From NCBI GenBank assembly GCA_964016885.1, contig CAXHJY010000971.1:34378-98377 (forward strand): a DNA stretch of 64,000 nucleotides, in the 5' to 3' direction. Source of the stretch: Eledone cirrhosa. Taxonomy: Eukaryota. Position 1 is the stretch's first letter. Each line of letters starts with the position of its first letter. The notes below the pieces were generated by a model. It was not told the origin of the DNA. It saw only the letters and a program-made list of their open reading frames with translations, and made no database searches. Position numbers and translations under genes: made by a program. Below are positions 26,480 through 40,125 of the stretch, piece after piece.

Positions 26480-28392
26480 TATATATATAAAATTTCAGGT
26501 TATCAATAATGTAGTGATAATATACCGTTACGTTAGAGATGAACAGCATACGTGCAGGTTTGCTCAACGAGTATAAATTATATTCCGGAGAAATGTAGAA
26601 AGGATGAATATAAAATGAAAGTGCTTTTGTTAAAAAAGGAATTTATTAGGTATTGACATATGTTTCTGTAACAGACCGAATACCTATGTATCGCTGCTTG
26701 CGTAATCATATAATGTTAGCAAGTATTCGATAGCAAATGTATAATCAGTTGTCACTTCTTCAGAGATTTTGGATAAACTGGATAAAATCAGAAAAATTGA
26801 AGTATTTATATTAGTAAAAGAGGAAGGAACTGAGGGGATAGTATATGACAGATGGTAAAATAATTTACTGTTAAACAAGTATATAATGGGTTTTTAATGA
26901 GAATACCATGAGTAAATCTAAATAAGAATTTTGGGAGTGCCAATTTTAATCTCTACTTGACCAACTGGACAGTGGACAGGGCTGGTCATTTGTTGCAGTA
27001 GTATTAATTATAAAGTGTCAATTGGGGAAGGGGGAGATTTCGATTGCTACTAAATAACATCAATGCTAGTAGCCAGCTGGTATATGCATTAGGGAATTGA
27101 ATCAAGAAATCAGAAATCTCATTTTATCTATAGCAGTTTGTATTAAAAGGTAAATAATAGAAGAGTTGATAGAATTAAGACTAATAAAGAATGTTCATAT
27201 CTATTTTGACAATCAAACGGGGATAGAGACAGGCGTTCAATCCTGGTAGTATTTATAATATGAAAATGTAGATTTTAAGCGATGGTTACAGTATAACGAT
27301 CGCTCTATTCTGTTATTTAATAAAATGTTTTTGGATTTCATAATACAAAATAATTCTACATTACATAATTTACAAAATTCCTGTCCATTGGAATATGGGG
27401 GGGGGGGGGGGGGGGGGCAGCCGCTATTATATCCCATTTTAGGTGAAATTGTTGGTTATTTTCACGCAGCTGCCAAGACTTGTCTGCGAGTGTTCTTACA
27501 TAACGCTGGTTTTCATGTTTTATCGAGTAACGATGTCTATAAAGGCGTGATTTGAAGGAGGTGGCTGTAGATCCCACATAGTACCACTTCTGTCTATCCG
27601 ATTCGATAGTACATTTGTATACGATGTTGCGTTCAAGACACTGATTGTTCAACGGACACATTCCTGGTTGGACACAGTTGCAATTATAATTTTGCGTTGT
27701 TGTATTGCCATGGATGGGTTGATGAGGTTGCTTATGTAGGAAAGGATGTTGTTTGTTGTTTTGTGATGTTATAGCTAATGTTTTACGTGTATTGTTATGT
27801 GTTGGAAGGCGTTTATACAACCGTTTTGCGTTAAGCTTTTTTATATGTTGTTCAATATTAGGGGCGGTTGAATATGAAAGTCGAATAGTGTTAGGGTTTA
27901 AGATTTTATTATATTTATGTGATGTTGGAAAGTGTTTTCTAACTAATCGAAAGAATTTTGAGGGTAGATTGGTTTTAATAGAGTTGTTATAGACCGGGTT
28001 GTACCAGATATACTCCTTACATCGCCTTCTGTTTGGTGGTGTACGGCTATTATTGTGTCTATTGCGGTAGTGTATGTATGGTGGTGATTCTGTGCTATTT
28101 CTACTCCTATGTGATTTATTTTGGGTGTTTTGATGATCTTTGACTATATACTCTATATTATCTAGGTGACCGGCTTTCCTAAGTGCATCATCATAATACT
28201 CGGCATGTTCTTTGAAGGTTTGTTGGTTGGACGATAGGCGGGAGATCCTAAGAGAAACATTTCTAGGGATGGATTTAATTATAGAGAGTGGATGGTTAGA
28301 ACTCGTATTTACATATTTAAGGTTCTCATTTAGTTTAGAAATGTTTATTTTGTTAGAGATGCCTACTGACTGTAGTAGGTTTTACTTTGTAT
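26480..28392 (-). mobile_element. 5'-truncated, frameshifted Penelope-like element
   Basis: YVNTSSNHPLSIIKSIPRNVSLRISRLSSN thumb; CNCVQPGMCPLNNQC; IVYKC...YVGST GIY-YIG. Confidence 0.85.
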
Positions 28393-30686
28393 TTAGGTAA
28401 GGCGGGTCTTCTCTATTACTGAGTACCGCCAAAGATCTCGGTCCAGTGACATTGTCTTGGAGAGGTGTAAGTGTGTGAGATCGGAATTTATCAGGTCGTC
28501 TCTGGTTTTTCTGGGTCTGCCTACTCCGTGGCTACCGTCTATCTTTATTGCCCTCCACTTTTTTATACAGCTGTCGTCTTTCATGCGCATCACGTGACCA
28601 CACCTACGTAGTCTTCTCTCGAGTAAACAACATCTGATCCCTCTTATTTCTAATTTTACCCTTAGTTCGTTTATGCTTTCCCGTTCACCTATATTACTAT
28701 TACACATCCGGCGGAGCATGCAAGCTTCGTTCCTCTCTAGTCTGCGTATATCCTCTGCACACAATGCCCAGGTCTCACTGCCATCCAACATTGCTGTTCG
28801 TATGCAGGTATCATACAACCTGCCTTTCATTTTTAGGGAGAACCCTTTAGCGACTAATAGTGGTATAAGTTCTCTGAACTTTTTCCATCCAGTTCTGACT
28901 CTAGCTACTGTACTTTCAGAGCACCCTCCCGCACTGCTGATTTTGTTACCCAGGTAACGGAAGCTGTCCACTATTTCTATAAAACCCTCTGCGCAATTGA
29001 AAGAGCTAGTATTTTGTGGGCACTTGCCGCTACTTATTGCACCAGAGCACCGGCCACATGTAAAATCTATGTTCTTAGTTAGCTTACCTGTGATCCCACT
29101 ACATCTTTTATGCACCCATACTTTGCATTTGGGACATAACATGGAGTTTCTACCTACGCCTTTCCTACACACTGAGCATGTCCATTTTCCGGAAGGGACC
29201 GGCGCCTTATTTTCTTTCCTACAAACTAGAACTTTAGTCTTAGCCAGGTTAATTTTAAGGCCTTTTGATTCTAGGCCGTGCTTCCATGTTTGTAATTTCT
29301 TCTCTATCTCGGCCATTGATTCAGCTATTAGCTTTAGATCATCTGCGTATAGGAGTTCCGATGGGCAGCCGGTCTTGAACTCCACTGTTATAGCCTGAAG
29401 GGCAATAATAAATAGTAGGGGGCTAACGACAGAGCCCTGATGAACACCAACTTTTACGCTAAACTCTTCACTATATTCGTTGTTAATTCTAACCTTGCTG
29501 ACTGTTTCTTTATACATGGCTTGTATAGCTCTCACAAGCCATTTGTCAACACCTAGTTTTCTAAGAGACCACCAGATAATGGAACGGGGGACTCTGTCGA
29601 AGGCTTTCTCCAAGTCGACAAAAGCTAAGTATAGGGGTTTACTTTTACCTAGGTACTTCTCCTGTAGTTGTCGTACAATGAAAAGAGCGTCTGTGGTACT
29701 TTTTCCTGACACAAACCCGAACTGCATTTCATCTAGATCAATTCTCTCTCTCATTAGTTGCGCTATTACTTTTTCCGTGACCTTCATGACCTGGTCGATT
29801 AATTTAATGCCTCTATAGTTATTCCTATCTAGGGCATCTCCTTTACCCTTGTAACAGTTAATGATGATGCTGCTACGCCAGTCCTTCGGAACAACCCCAT
29901 TCTGTCTGAGTTGGTTTACTATCCGGGTGACCATGGTGTGTCCCACCGTTCCAGAGGCTTTCAGCATCTCAGCAACTATTTCCGAAGGCCCAGCCGCCTT
30001 ACCCGTCTTCATACCTTTGATTGCCTTACTTATTATACTACCTTCGACTAACACTGCTGGTCCCTCTATTGTGTCGATGTGGGGGAGACTGTCTTTCTCC
30101 CATTTATTCTCCTCATTTAGTAGCCTTTCGTAGTGACACTTCCAAGCTACCTTCTTATCGGCGTCGGTGATGGCAAGTACGCCATCATCATTAAGTACAC
30201 ACTTCTCCCCGACAATATCACGGTTTTCCTTGACACATTGGCTAGCAATTCTGAACACCTCACGTTTTTGGTCCTCGCGTTGTAGAACATGCTTGAACTT
30301 TCTTTCCTCTGCTTCCCTTCTTGCGAAGTATACTTGTCTCCTAGCTTCCCTCCTGGCCACTTGATAGTCTTCTCTACTTCCCCCATAGCGCCATACTTTC
30401 CAAGCCTGCTTTTTTGCCTTAGTTGACTCCGCCACCTTACTGTTCTACCACCATGTTACTCTCCTCCTGCCTACAGGCCTGCTCCAGCCACAGACTTCGT
30501 CTGCCGCCATTAGCAGGTTTGCTTTCAGGAATTTCCACTGTTCCTCTATATTGTACGACTCTAATTGCTCTTCCTTACTGTCGAAAGCATCATGTAATGT
30601 AATATGCTTTTAAATTTATTTCTGGCTGTGGGGTCCTTTAGCTTCCATATTTTTCTCCTGATGATGATAGTCCTCTTCTGCTGTCT

Positions 30687-30690
<4 letters not shown>
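28393..30690 (-). mobile_element. RTE-clade LINE, 5'-truncated; 680-aa open RT frame with PHD-like zinc finger
   Basis: NYRGIKL, QFGF, FVDLEKAFDRV, GVHQGS, LLYADD, FRYLG, C-terminal GRPRKT; CSVC..CPKC...HKRC..CGRC insert. Confidence 0.92.
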
Positions 30691-30752
<62 letters not shown>

Positions 30753-30930
30753 TTATATAATATATATATATATATATAAATTTATATAATATATATATAT
30801 ATATAAACTTATATATATATAAATTTATATATATATATATATATATATATGTTATTTATATATATACAAATTTATATATATATATATATATATAATATAT
30901 ATATTTATATATATACAAATTTATATATAT

Positions 30931-30962
<32 letters not shown>

Positions 30963-31035
30963 AATTTATATATATATATATTATATGAATTATATATATA
31001 TATATATAGAGAGAGAGAGGGAGAGAGAGATATTA

Positions 31036-31597
31036 CATGAAACAAAGTTCTGTTTAAATCATTTATCTGCTTACAATTGTTTCTTCCAAACCGAGGGTTG
31101 AAGTCTTCAGAGCAATTATGCAGTGATTTTTAACATACTTGACCTCCTTTTCAACACAAGAGACATATAGGAACATATGTATATATTGACCCACATTGGG
31201 TTGACATCCATTATAATAATATAGCATGGTAATTTACATACAAAGATTACAGTCATATTAAAGGACAAAAGTAAAATAAAAAAATTAATAAAACATTGGC
31301 AGTCTACTAAGATAAAGCAAAAGGAAAGTTTGGAGTAGCCAGTGTATGCAACAGTCACACGTGTGGCATGCATGCGTGTCCTATTTATACGAGATTATAG
31401 TGCGGCAGATTGTTACAAGTACAACAAGCAGTCAAAACAGGCAATCAAGAGCATCATGGGGGTGAACTGGTTAAGCATTATTTACACACACCTGTACGAT
31501 ATAGAAGCCCGTGTGTGGAGTAACACCAAAAATATCAAAAATATTACAAATGAGTAATTTTTGTAATATTTTCGATATTTTTGGTGTTACTCCACAC
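31036..31597 (-). mobile_element. pLTR/3' UTR fragment of the 8590-9065 Penelope family with short terminal inversion
   Basis: Homologous ORFs 31116-31373 and 8634-8882; 31560-31597 inverts ~31512-31551. Confidence 0.75.
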
Positions 31598-32042
31598 AGT
31601 GTGATTCTTAGCCATTTTTTAATCCAATTTTGGCGCGATCGGCTTGGAATACTAAGTGTCTATTTTTGAGTTTATCTCCTGATGATTCCGAACTCAATGC
31701 ATTTCCTATTAATAGGATATATAAAAATACGGATGAAACCATGGTAGGGATATAGTTACGGTATGTACACAGTTCTTCTATGTTTGATTTTACACCGAAT
31801 GGCATATGGTTAGTTATGTACTTGGTCGATTTATGCATGCTGTCGAAATATTGTATAAATAACCTGCTGTGGATACCGCGAAGGAGCCACTCTCGTTTAT
31901 TTGTCGGAGATTTCTTCATAGGAGCTTTTATCCTTACGGCTTAGTATAATTGATTTTTTATATGGTTGATTGTGCTGTTTGGCAGAGGAAATGGAGTATA
32001 TTTTTTGTTTATCAAATAATTCTGTAGACATGATTTATAATA

Positions 32043-32073
<31 letters not shown>

Positions 32074-32142
32074 TATATATATATATTTATATATATATAT
32101 ATATTATATATATATATATATATATTTATATTATATATATTA

Positions 32143-32194
<52 letters not shown>

Positions 32195-32884
32195 TATATA
32201 TATTATATATATTATATATATTATATATATATATATATATTTATATTATATATATATATTATATATATTATATATATATATATATATATATTTATTATAT
32301 ATATATTATATATATTATATATATATATATATTTATATTATATATATATTATATATATTATATATATATATATATACATTTATATTATATATATTATATA
32401 TATATTATATATATTATATATATATATATATATATTTATTATATATATTATATATATATATATATTTATTATATATATATTATATATATTATATATATAT
32501 ATTTATTATATATATATTATATATATTATATATATATATATATTTATTATATATATATTATATATATTATATATATATATATTCATATTATATATATATT
32601 ATATATATTATATATATATATATATACATTTATATTATATATATTATATATATATTATATATATTATATATATATATATATATTTATATTATATATATAT
32701 ATATATATATATTTATATTATATATATTATATATATATTATTTATATTATATATATTATATATATATTATATATATTATATATATATATATATATTTATA
32801 TTATATATATTATATATATATTATTTATATTATATATATTATATATATATTATATATATTATATATATATATATATATTTATAT

Positions 32885-32946
<62 letters not shown>

Positions 32947-35098
32947 TATATATATTATATATATATTATATATATATTATATATATATTGGTGATTGAAG
33001 CATAGTAGCTCTCTATGTCGAACTGTATGAATTTAGTTTATCGTTTATCCTCCATATTGCTGAACCAGGAGATTACTTCCTGGGTGTTGATCCATAGGCT
33101 AAGTCGGGTGTGTTGCTTGACTTTTGGTATCACGCGGTCTAGGATTTTTTTGCTGATTCTCCCTATGTCGGACTTCGTTGGGTTAATACACCGCTACCAC
33201 AACATAATTAACAAAAATACCATAAAACTCTCTTACAGCACTACACCAAACTTCGCACAAAACATCGTCTCCTCTAACAACAAAAAACTCAACCCCGATG
33301 GCAGAAATATCCTAAATAGCAGTGGAGAACCGACCAGGAGGTGTAACTGCCCGGATAGATCTATTTGCTCACTCGACAATAGATGCATAGACCGTAATGT
33401 GATCTACCAGTGCAACGTGAGGACGGATACCTCCAACAAAGCCTATATAGGACTTACCGCATGTGACTTCAAGACCCGGCTATACCAACATAGACATACC
33501 TTCCGAAACCCGGCCCGGCGTCACGCCACTACACTTTCGGGCCACATATGGGACCTCAAGGACAACAACATCACCTATGATCTCACTTGGAGATTACTGT
33601 CCAGAGCCAATTCTTACACGGGAGGACGCCGTCCGTGCAATTTATGCTTGGAGGAAACTTTACAAATGCTGTTTTCGACGGACCAACTCCTAAACAAGAA
33701 AGAGGAACTGGTTACTGCATGTAAACATAGATTGCGTAGGACTTACCTCGCCCTCAAACCCCATAATGACCCGGGGGTAGACTAGGGCTATACCACCCCA
33801 CTTGCCGATTTTGCAATGAGTAACCCCTGCTTGCCAAGGGAGACGTAAGATCTTCTTTGTATTCTTTTATCGCTTCCTTTATTTCCTTCCCCCCTCTCTC
33901 CTTAGTCCTTCTACCCCAGCTCTTCTCCTTTGTCGGCGTCTTTTCTCGCCCACCCGAGGCTGCCCTTTGGCCCCTTGTAGCCTTAGTACCCCCACACCCT
34001 CCCCTAGTCTATGATAGATTTGGCGGACTCCGCCCTTTATAGCAGTTGGTTTAGACCCCGGATACTTGTCCCCTTTTTCCGACCGCTCCCACTATTCTCT
34101 GTGTCCTCTATATTTCTTAGTGGCACTTATGCCTTATTTTTTCGTTTCAGTATTTCTTTCTTCGCTTTTCTTTTGGGCGGGGTGGATTCTGAATTTATTT
34201 TTCCGTATTCTACCTTTACTCCGTACGAACTTTCATGTAGCTTGTTTTAGATCTTTTAGAGTTAGCATTAGTATATATTTTTCTCGGGACTCAGAATTAT
34301 TATCTCGTACTAGTTCACTTTGCTGCACTGGGTGGTTGATGGCATTGTGCCCGGGATGGAAACCTTTATTGTTTATTTCGTGGTAGTCTCTTTAGTATTT
34401 TGGCCCCTTTTGTTGACCCGTCACCGTATCATTTACGTACTTATACCTCTTAAAAGGGTCCTTGCCTATTTCGTCCCACCTAGTTCTTTTACTTATTTCG
34501 TTATTTCTTTATTTCTTTATTTCTTTCCTTACTTCTTTCTTTCTTTCTTTATTTATTTATTTATTCTAGCCTAACAATAGCTAGAGACCTAGGTCGTAGA
34601 ATTTAATTTACTTTACTTTTTTCTTTACACTTATTTGCTTTTCTTCACTCTCAGTATTTTTTCTTTCCTATATATTTCTACCCCCCATTGTTCTACATAC
34701 CGTTCCGACTTCCTCCCCCTCCCCCTCCCCCTCCCCTGTATCCTCTTTGACCTCATGCCCAGCCGTAGCTGGCACTACCAACGCTTGATTGGGTCTACTC
34801 CACCCCCTCCCCTCTTTCTCCTACTGGCAGGTTTAGCCACCATCTCCCCTACTAATTTGCAACCACAGAATTACTACTGATTTTTGACAATCACTTTGAC
34901 CATATATGGAATTACCCCTTGAGAAGATCGGCTATTTAAATACCAGGATAAATTTTCATTTAGTCCAGAATTAGCCGTCGAAACGGCTTGAGCTCAGCTG
35001 TCGGGGTCTTACTGGTTCCTATTACCCACTCTACTACCTCAAATATTGAGTACTTTGGTGCGTTATGGTCCACCTGGTTCCTTACCACATTTCCTTCG

Positions 35099-35148
<50 letters not shown>

Positions 35149-35287
35149 TATATATATATTTATATTATATATATATATATATTTATATTATATATATTAT
35201 ATATATATTATATATATATATATATTTATATTATATATATTATATATATATTATATATATATATATATTTATATTATATATATTATA

Positions 35288-35325
<38 letters not shown>

Positions 35326-35935
35326 TATATATATATTATATATATATATTATATATATATATATATATTATATACATATATTATATATAAATTTATATAT
35401 ATATATATTTGGCTGCGCTTTCGAGCGACAGGCCTACACGCCGTCAACAACCAATCACATTCATTCCAACTTGACCACGGCCATAGTGTGATTCTTAGCC
35501 ATTTTTTAATCCAATTTTGGCGCGATCGGCTTGGAATACTAAGTGTCTATTTTTGAGTTTATCTCCTGATGATTCTGAACTCAATGTATTTCCTATTAAT
35601 AGGATATATAAAAATACGGATGAAACCATGGTAGGGATATAGTTACGGTATGTACACAGTTCTTCTATGTTTGATTTTACACCGAATGGCATATGGTTAG
35701 TTATGTACTTGGTCGATTTATGCATGCTGTCGAAATATTGTATAAATAACCTGCTGTGGATACCGCGAAGGAGCCACTCTCGTTTATTTGTCGGAGATTT
35801 CTTCATAGGAGCTTTTATCCTTATGGCTTAGTATAATTGATTTTTTATATGGTTGATTGTGCTGTTTGGCAGAGGAAATGGAGTATATTTTTTGTTTATC
35901 AAATAATTCTGTAGACATGATTTATAATAATATAT
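31598..35935. repeat. ~450-bp near-identical direct repeats (31598-~32048 and 35485-~35935)
   Basis: ORF pairs 31608-31919 / 35495-35806 differ by one residue; offset 3887. Confidence 0.9.
32988..35098 (+). mobile_element. Penelope-like element: inverted RT fragment (32988-33188, -) + GIY-YIG (33189-33785, +) + 3' UTR
   Basis: Minus strand INPTKSDIGRISKKIL...FIQFDIESYYASI; plus strand CNCPDRSICSLDNRC, VIYQC...YIGLT. Confidence 0.85.
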
Positions 35936-35961
35936 ATAGATATATATATTATATATATATA

Positions 35962-36039
<78 letters not shown>

Positions 36040-36159
36040 AATATATATATTATATATATATATTATATATAAATTTATATATATGTATAAATATATATAT
36101 TATATATAAATTTATATATATATATATATATTATATATTTATATATATATATTATATAA

Positions 36160-36196
<37 letters not shown>

Positions 36197-36228
36197 TTTA
36201 TATATATTTATATATATATATTATATAA

Positions 36229-36265
<37 letters not shown>

Positions 36266-36318
36266 TTTATATATATATATATATATAATTTATATATATA
36301 TATATATATATTATATAA

Positions 36319-36361
<43 letters not shown>

Positions 36362-36363
36362 TA

Positions 36364-37085
36364 TTAGAATTGGAGCTCTGAAATAGCAATATATATATGG
36401 ATGTATATATAATGTATTTTGCAATACACTTTATGCTTAATTAAAAGCATTTTGAAGACCGTAAGCTATTGTTTTAAAATAGTGACAAATTCACTCACTT
36501 TGATCTCAGCAAAGAGGGGAAATAAGCCGACATGACATGTTTCGCTTTTGTTGAAGCTTATCAAGGCCAACTACCCCGCCTGTCTACTGAGATCAATGAT
36601 GTTATATTCTTATAGAAATCTAGTAAATAATCAGGAGCTGATTATGCAGAGCGGTTGTTGGTCAGGCAGAAATTAAAAATTAGAATTGGAGCTCTGAAAT
36701 AGCAATATATATATGGATGTATATATAATGTATTTTGCAATACACTTTATGCTTAATTAAAAGCATTTTGAAGACCGTAAGCTATTGTTTTAAAGTAGTG
36801 ACAAATTCACTCACTTTGATCTCAGCAAACAGGGGAGATAAGCCGACATGACATGTTTCGCTTTTGTTGAAGCTTATCAAGGCCAACTACCCCCGCCTGT
36901 CTACTGAGATCAATGATGTTATATTCTTATAAAAGCGAAACATGTCATGTTGGCTTATCTCCCCTGTTTGCTGAGATCAAAGTGAGTGAATTTGTCACTA
37001 CTTTAAAACAATAGCTTACGGTCTTCAAAATGCTTTTAATTAAGCATAAAGTGTATTGCAAAATACATTATATATACATCCATAT
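36364..37085. repeat. Tandem ~260-bp duplication (36364-36630, 36678-36930) followed by partial inverted copy; degenerate hammerhead
   Basis: Direct sequence match; minus-strand TTGATAA-GCTT..AAGC-GAAA-CATGTC. Confidence 0.8.
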
Positions 37086-37133
37086 AAGTATATATATAAA
37101 ATAAATTTATATATATATATATATATTATATAA

Positions 37134-37193
<60 letters not shown>

Positions 37194-37413
37194 CATTTAT
37201 ATATATATATATATATATAAAATAAATATATATATATTTTTAATTAATAATTTAATTTTAAAAAAACTTAAACAAACCCCTTTTAAAGTGAGACTACTAT
37301 TTATCCACCTAATTTTAGCTCTTTGATATTAGAGATAGAACAGATGCTCTATACTATTTCCTGTCAGCATGGCTTGGCTAGATATTTAGAATGTTGGTTT
37401 GAGACCTTTATTT

Positions 37414-37449
37414 CCCTCTGAAGAAGAGATATTATCTCGAAAATTAAGG
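37414..37449 (+). ncRNA. Ultra-minimal hammerhead-like motif
   Basis: CCT-CTGAAGA-aGAGATA t TATCTC-GAAA-ATTA-AGG. Confidence 0.5.
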
Positions 37450-37663
37450 ACATTTAAATAAATTCAAGTTATTGTTGACGAATTGTCAACAATATCTTTT
37501 ACAATTGCATTCTGTTTTCTATGTCCATACCTGAATTGTTTTGGTTTTATTACACATATTCAAACGTTTATACCTCATTACGCAATGCTTCAAGTGAACA
37601 ATAACCTCCTCCATATATATATATATTATATACATATATATATATATACATTATACAAATGTA

Positions 37664-37726
<63 letters not shown>

Positions 37727-37763
37727 AATTTAAATATATATATATATATATATTATATAAATT

Positions 37764-37794
<31 letters not shown>

Positions 37795-37831
37795 AATATA
37801 TATATATATTTATTATATATATATCATATAA

Positions 37832-37880
<49 letters not shown>

Positions 37881-37927
37881 ATTATATATAAATTTATATA
37901 TATATATATATATATATGATATATATA

Positions 37928-37974
<47 letters not shown>

Positions 37975-37982
37975 ATATATAA

Positions 37983-38020
<38 letters not shown>

Positions 38021-38325
38021 TTATATATATATTATATATATATATATATATATTTATATATGTATATATATATATATATATTATATATTATATATATATA
38101 TATCTATATATATATATATATATTATATAAATTTATATACATATATAGTATTATATAAGTTTATATATATGTATATATATATATATATATTATATAAGTT
38201 TATATATATATATATTATATAAATTTATATATATATATATTATATAAATTTATATATATATATATTATATAAATTTATATATATATATATTATATAAATT
38301 TATATATATATATATTATATAAATG

Positions 38326-38360
<35 letters not shown>

Positions 38361-38483
38361 AATTTATATCTATATATATATATATTATATATATATATAT
38401 TATATATAAATTTATATCTATATATATATATATTATATATTATATATAAATTTATATATATATATACATATTATATATAAATT

Positions 38484-38516
<33 letters not shown>

Positions 38517-38517
38517 A

Positions 38518-38559
<42 letters not shown>

Positions 38560-38709
38560 AATTTATATATATATATATATCTATATATATATTATATATA
38601 TATATATTATATATAAATTTATATATATATATATTATATAAATTTATATATATATATTTATATATATATTATACATATATATATTATATATAAATTTATA
38701 TATATATAA

Positions 38710-38756
<47 letters not shown>

Positions 38757-38762
<6 letters not shown>

Positions 38763-39280
38763 GATAAATCTACCAAGAGTTTACGGTAGTGTCTACCAAG
38801 AGTTTGCGTATGTGTCTATACGCATTTTATCTGTGGATTATAAACTTACAGAGACATTAGCCTTGAATTTTTGTTTTTGCATACATCTTTTTGGCATGCG
38901 TATGCATGTTGAGCATATATCTTTGTATAAATATCTGTACGGGGTTAGTTACATGTATATACACACACCAAACTGCATAAAACTTTTTGTATTTTCATTG
39001 GTCAATTTTGAACTCCGTTCCCAAACGGACCTGAAATTTTGAATTGTTGTTATTATCAATAAATATATTTCATTATTTCTGAAGACGGCATATATGTGTG
39101 TTTGGTATGTATATTTAATCTTGATAGTTTGTATAATTTTGTATAATTTTGTACATAGATCTGTTGAATATGCATGCCAATTCTAACACATATATATCCT
39201 AGAAACGATCGTTAAATAATGAACTTTTTTTGTTTAATATAAGGAACTGTTTCATTGTTTTATTCATTATTTGTTTAATA
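38757..39280 (+). mobile_element. Solo pLTR of the 6710-7315 family with long-stem-II hammerhead (~39069-39223)
   Basis: Close match to 6710-7170; 38757-38793 is the inverted terminus of 7280-7315. Confidence 0.75.
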
Positions 39281-39373
39281 TTTTATATATATATACATAT
39301 ATATATATATATTATATAAATTGATATATATATATATATATAAATGTATATATATATATATATATATATATAA

Positions 39374-39417
<44 letters not shown>

Positions 39418-39451
39418 TATATAAATGTATATATATATATATAAATGTTTG

Positions 39452-39490
<39 letters not shown>

Positions 39491-39497
39491 TATATAA

Positions 39498-39546
<49 letters not shown>

Positions 39547-39627
39547 ATTATATATTATATATTATATATATATATTATATATATATATTATATATTATAT
39601 ATATATATTATATATATATATTATATA

Positions 39628-39674
<47 letters not shown>

Positions 39675-39723
39675 ATTATATATATATATTATATATATAT
39701 ATTATATATATATATTATATATA

Positions 39724-39770
<47 letters not shown>

Positions 39771-39786
39771 ATATTATATATATATA

Positions 39787-39835
<49 letters not shown>

Positions 39836-39959
39836 ATATATATTATATATATATATATTATATATATAAATATTATATATATAAATATTATATATATATA
39901 TATATTATATATATGTATATATTATATATAGATATATTATATATATATACAACATATAA

Positions 39960-40008
<49 letters not shown>

Positions 40009-40125
40009 TATATATGCAAAAGTTTTATTTAAATTGTTGGGATACAACAAGCCAATATTTTTATAACTGATATAAAGCACTCGACAAATATTTGGAGTAG
40101 ATATACGTTATTATTAAATGGAAAC

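Noticed and set aside
31608-31919. Duplicated 103-aa ORF as a host gene
   Set aside because: No recognisable domain or exon structure; lies in a repeat between TE fragments
33015-33188. N-terminal part of the 256-aa ORF as real protein
   Set aside because: It is the antisense reading of an inverted RT fragment
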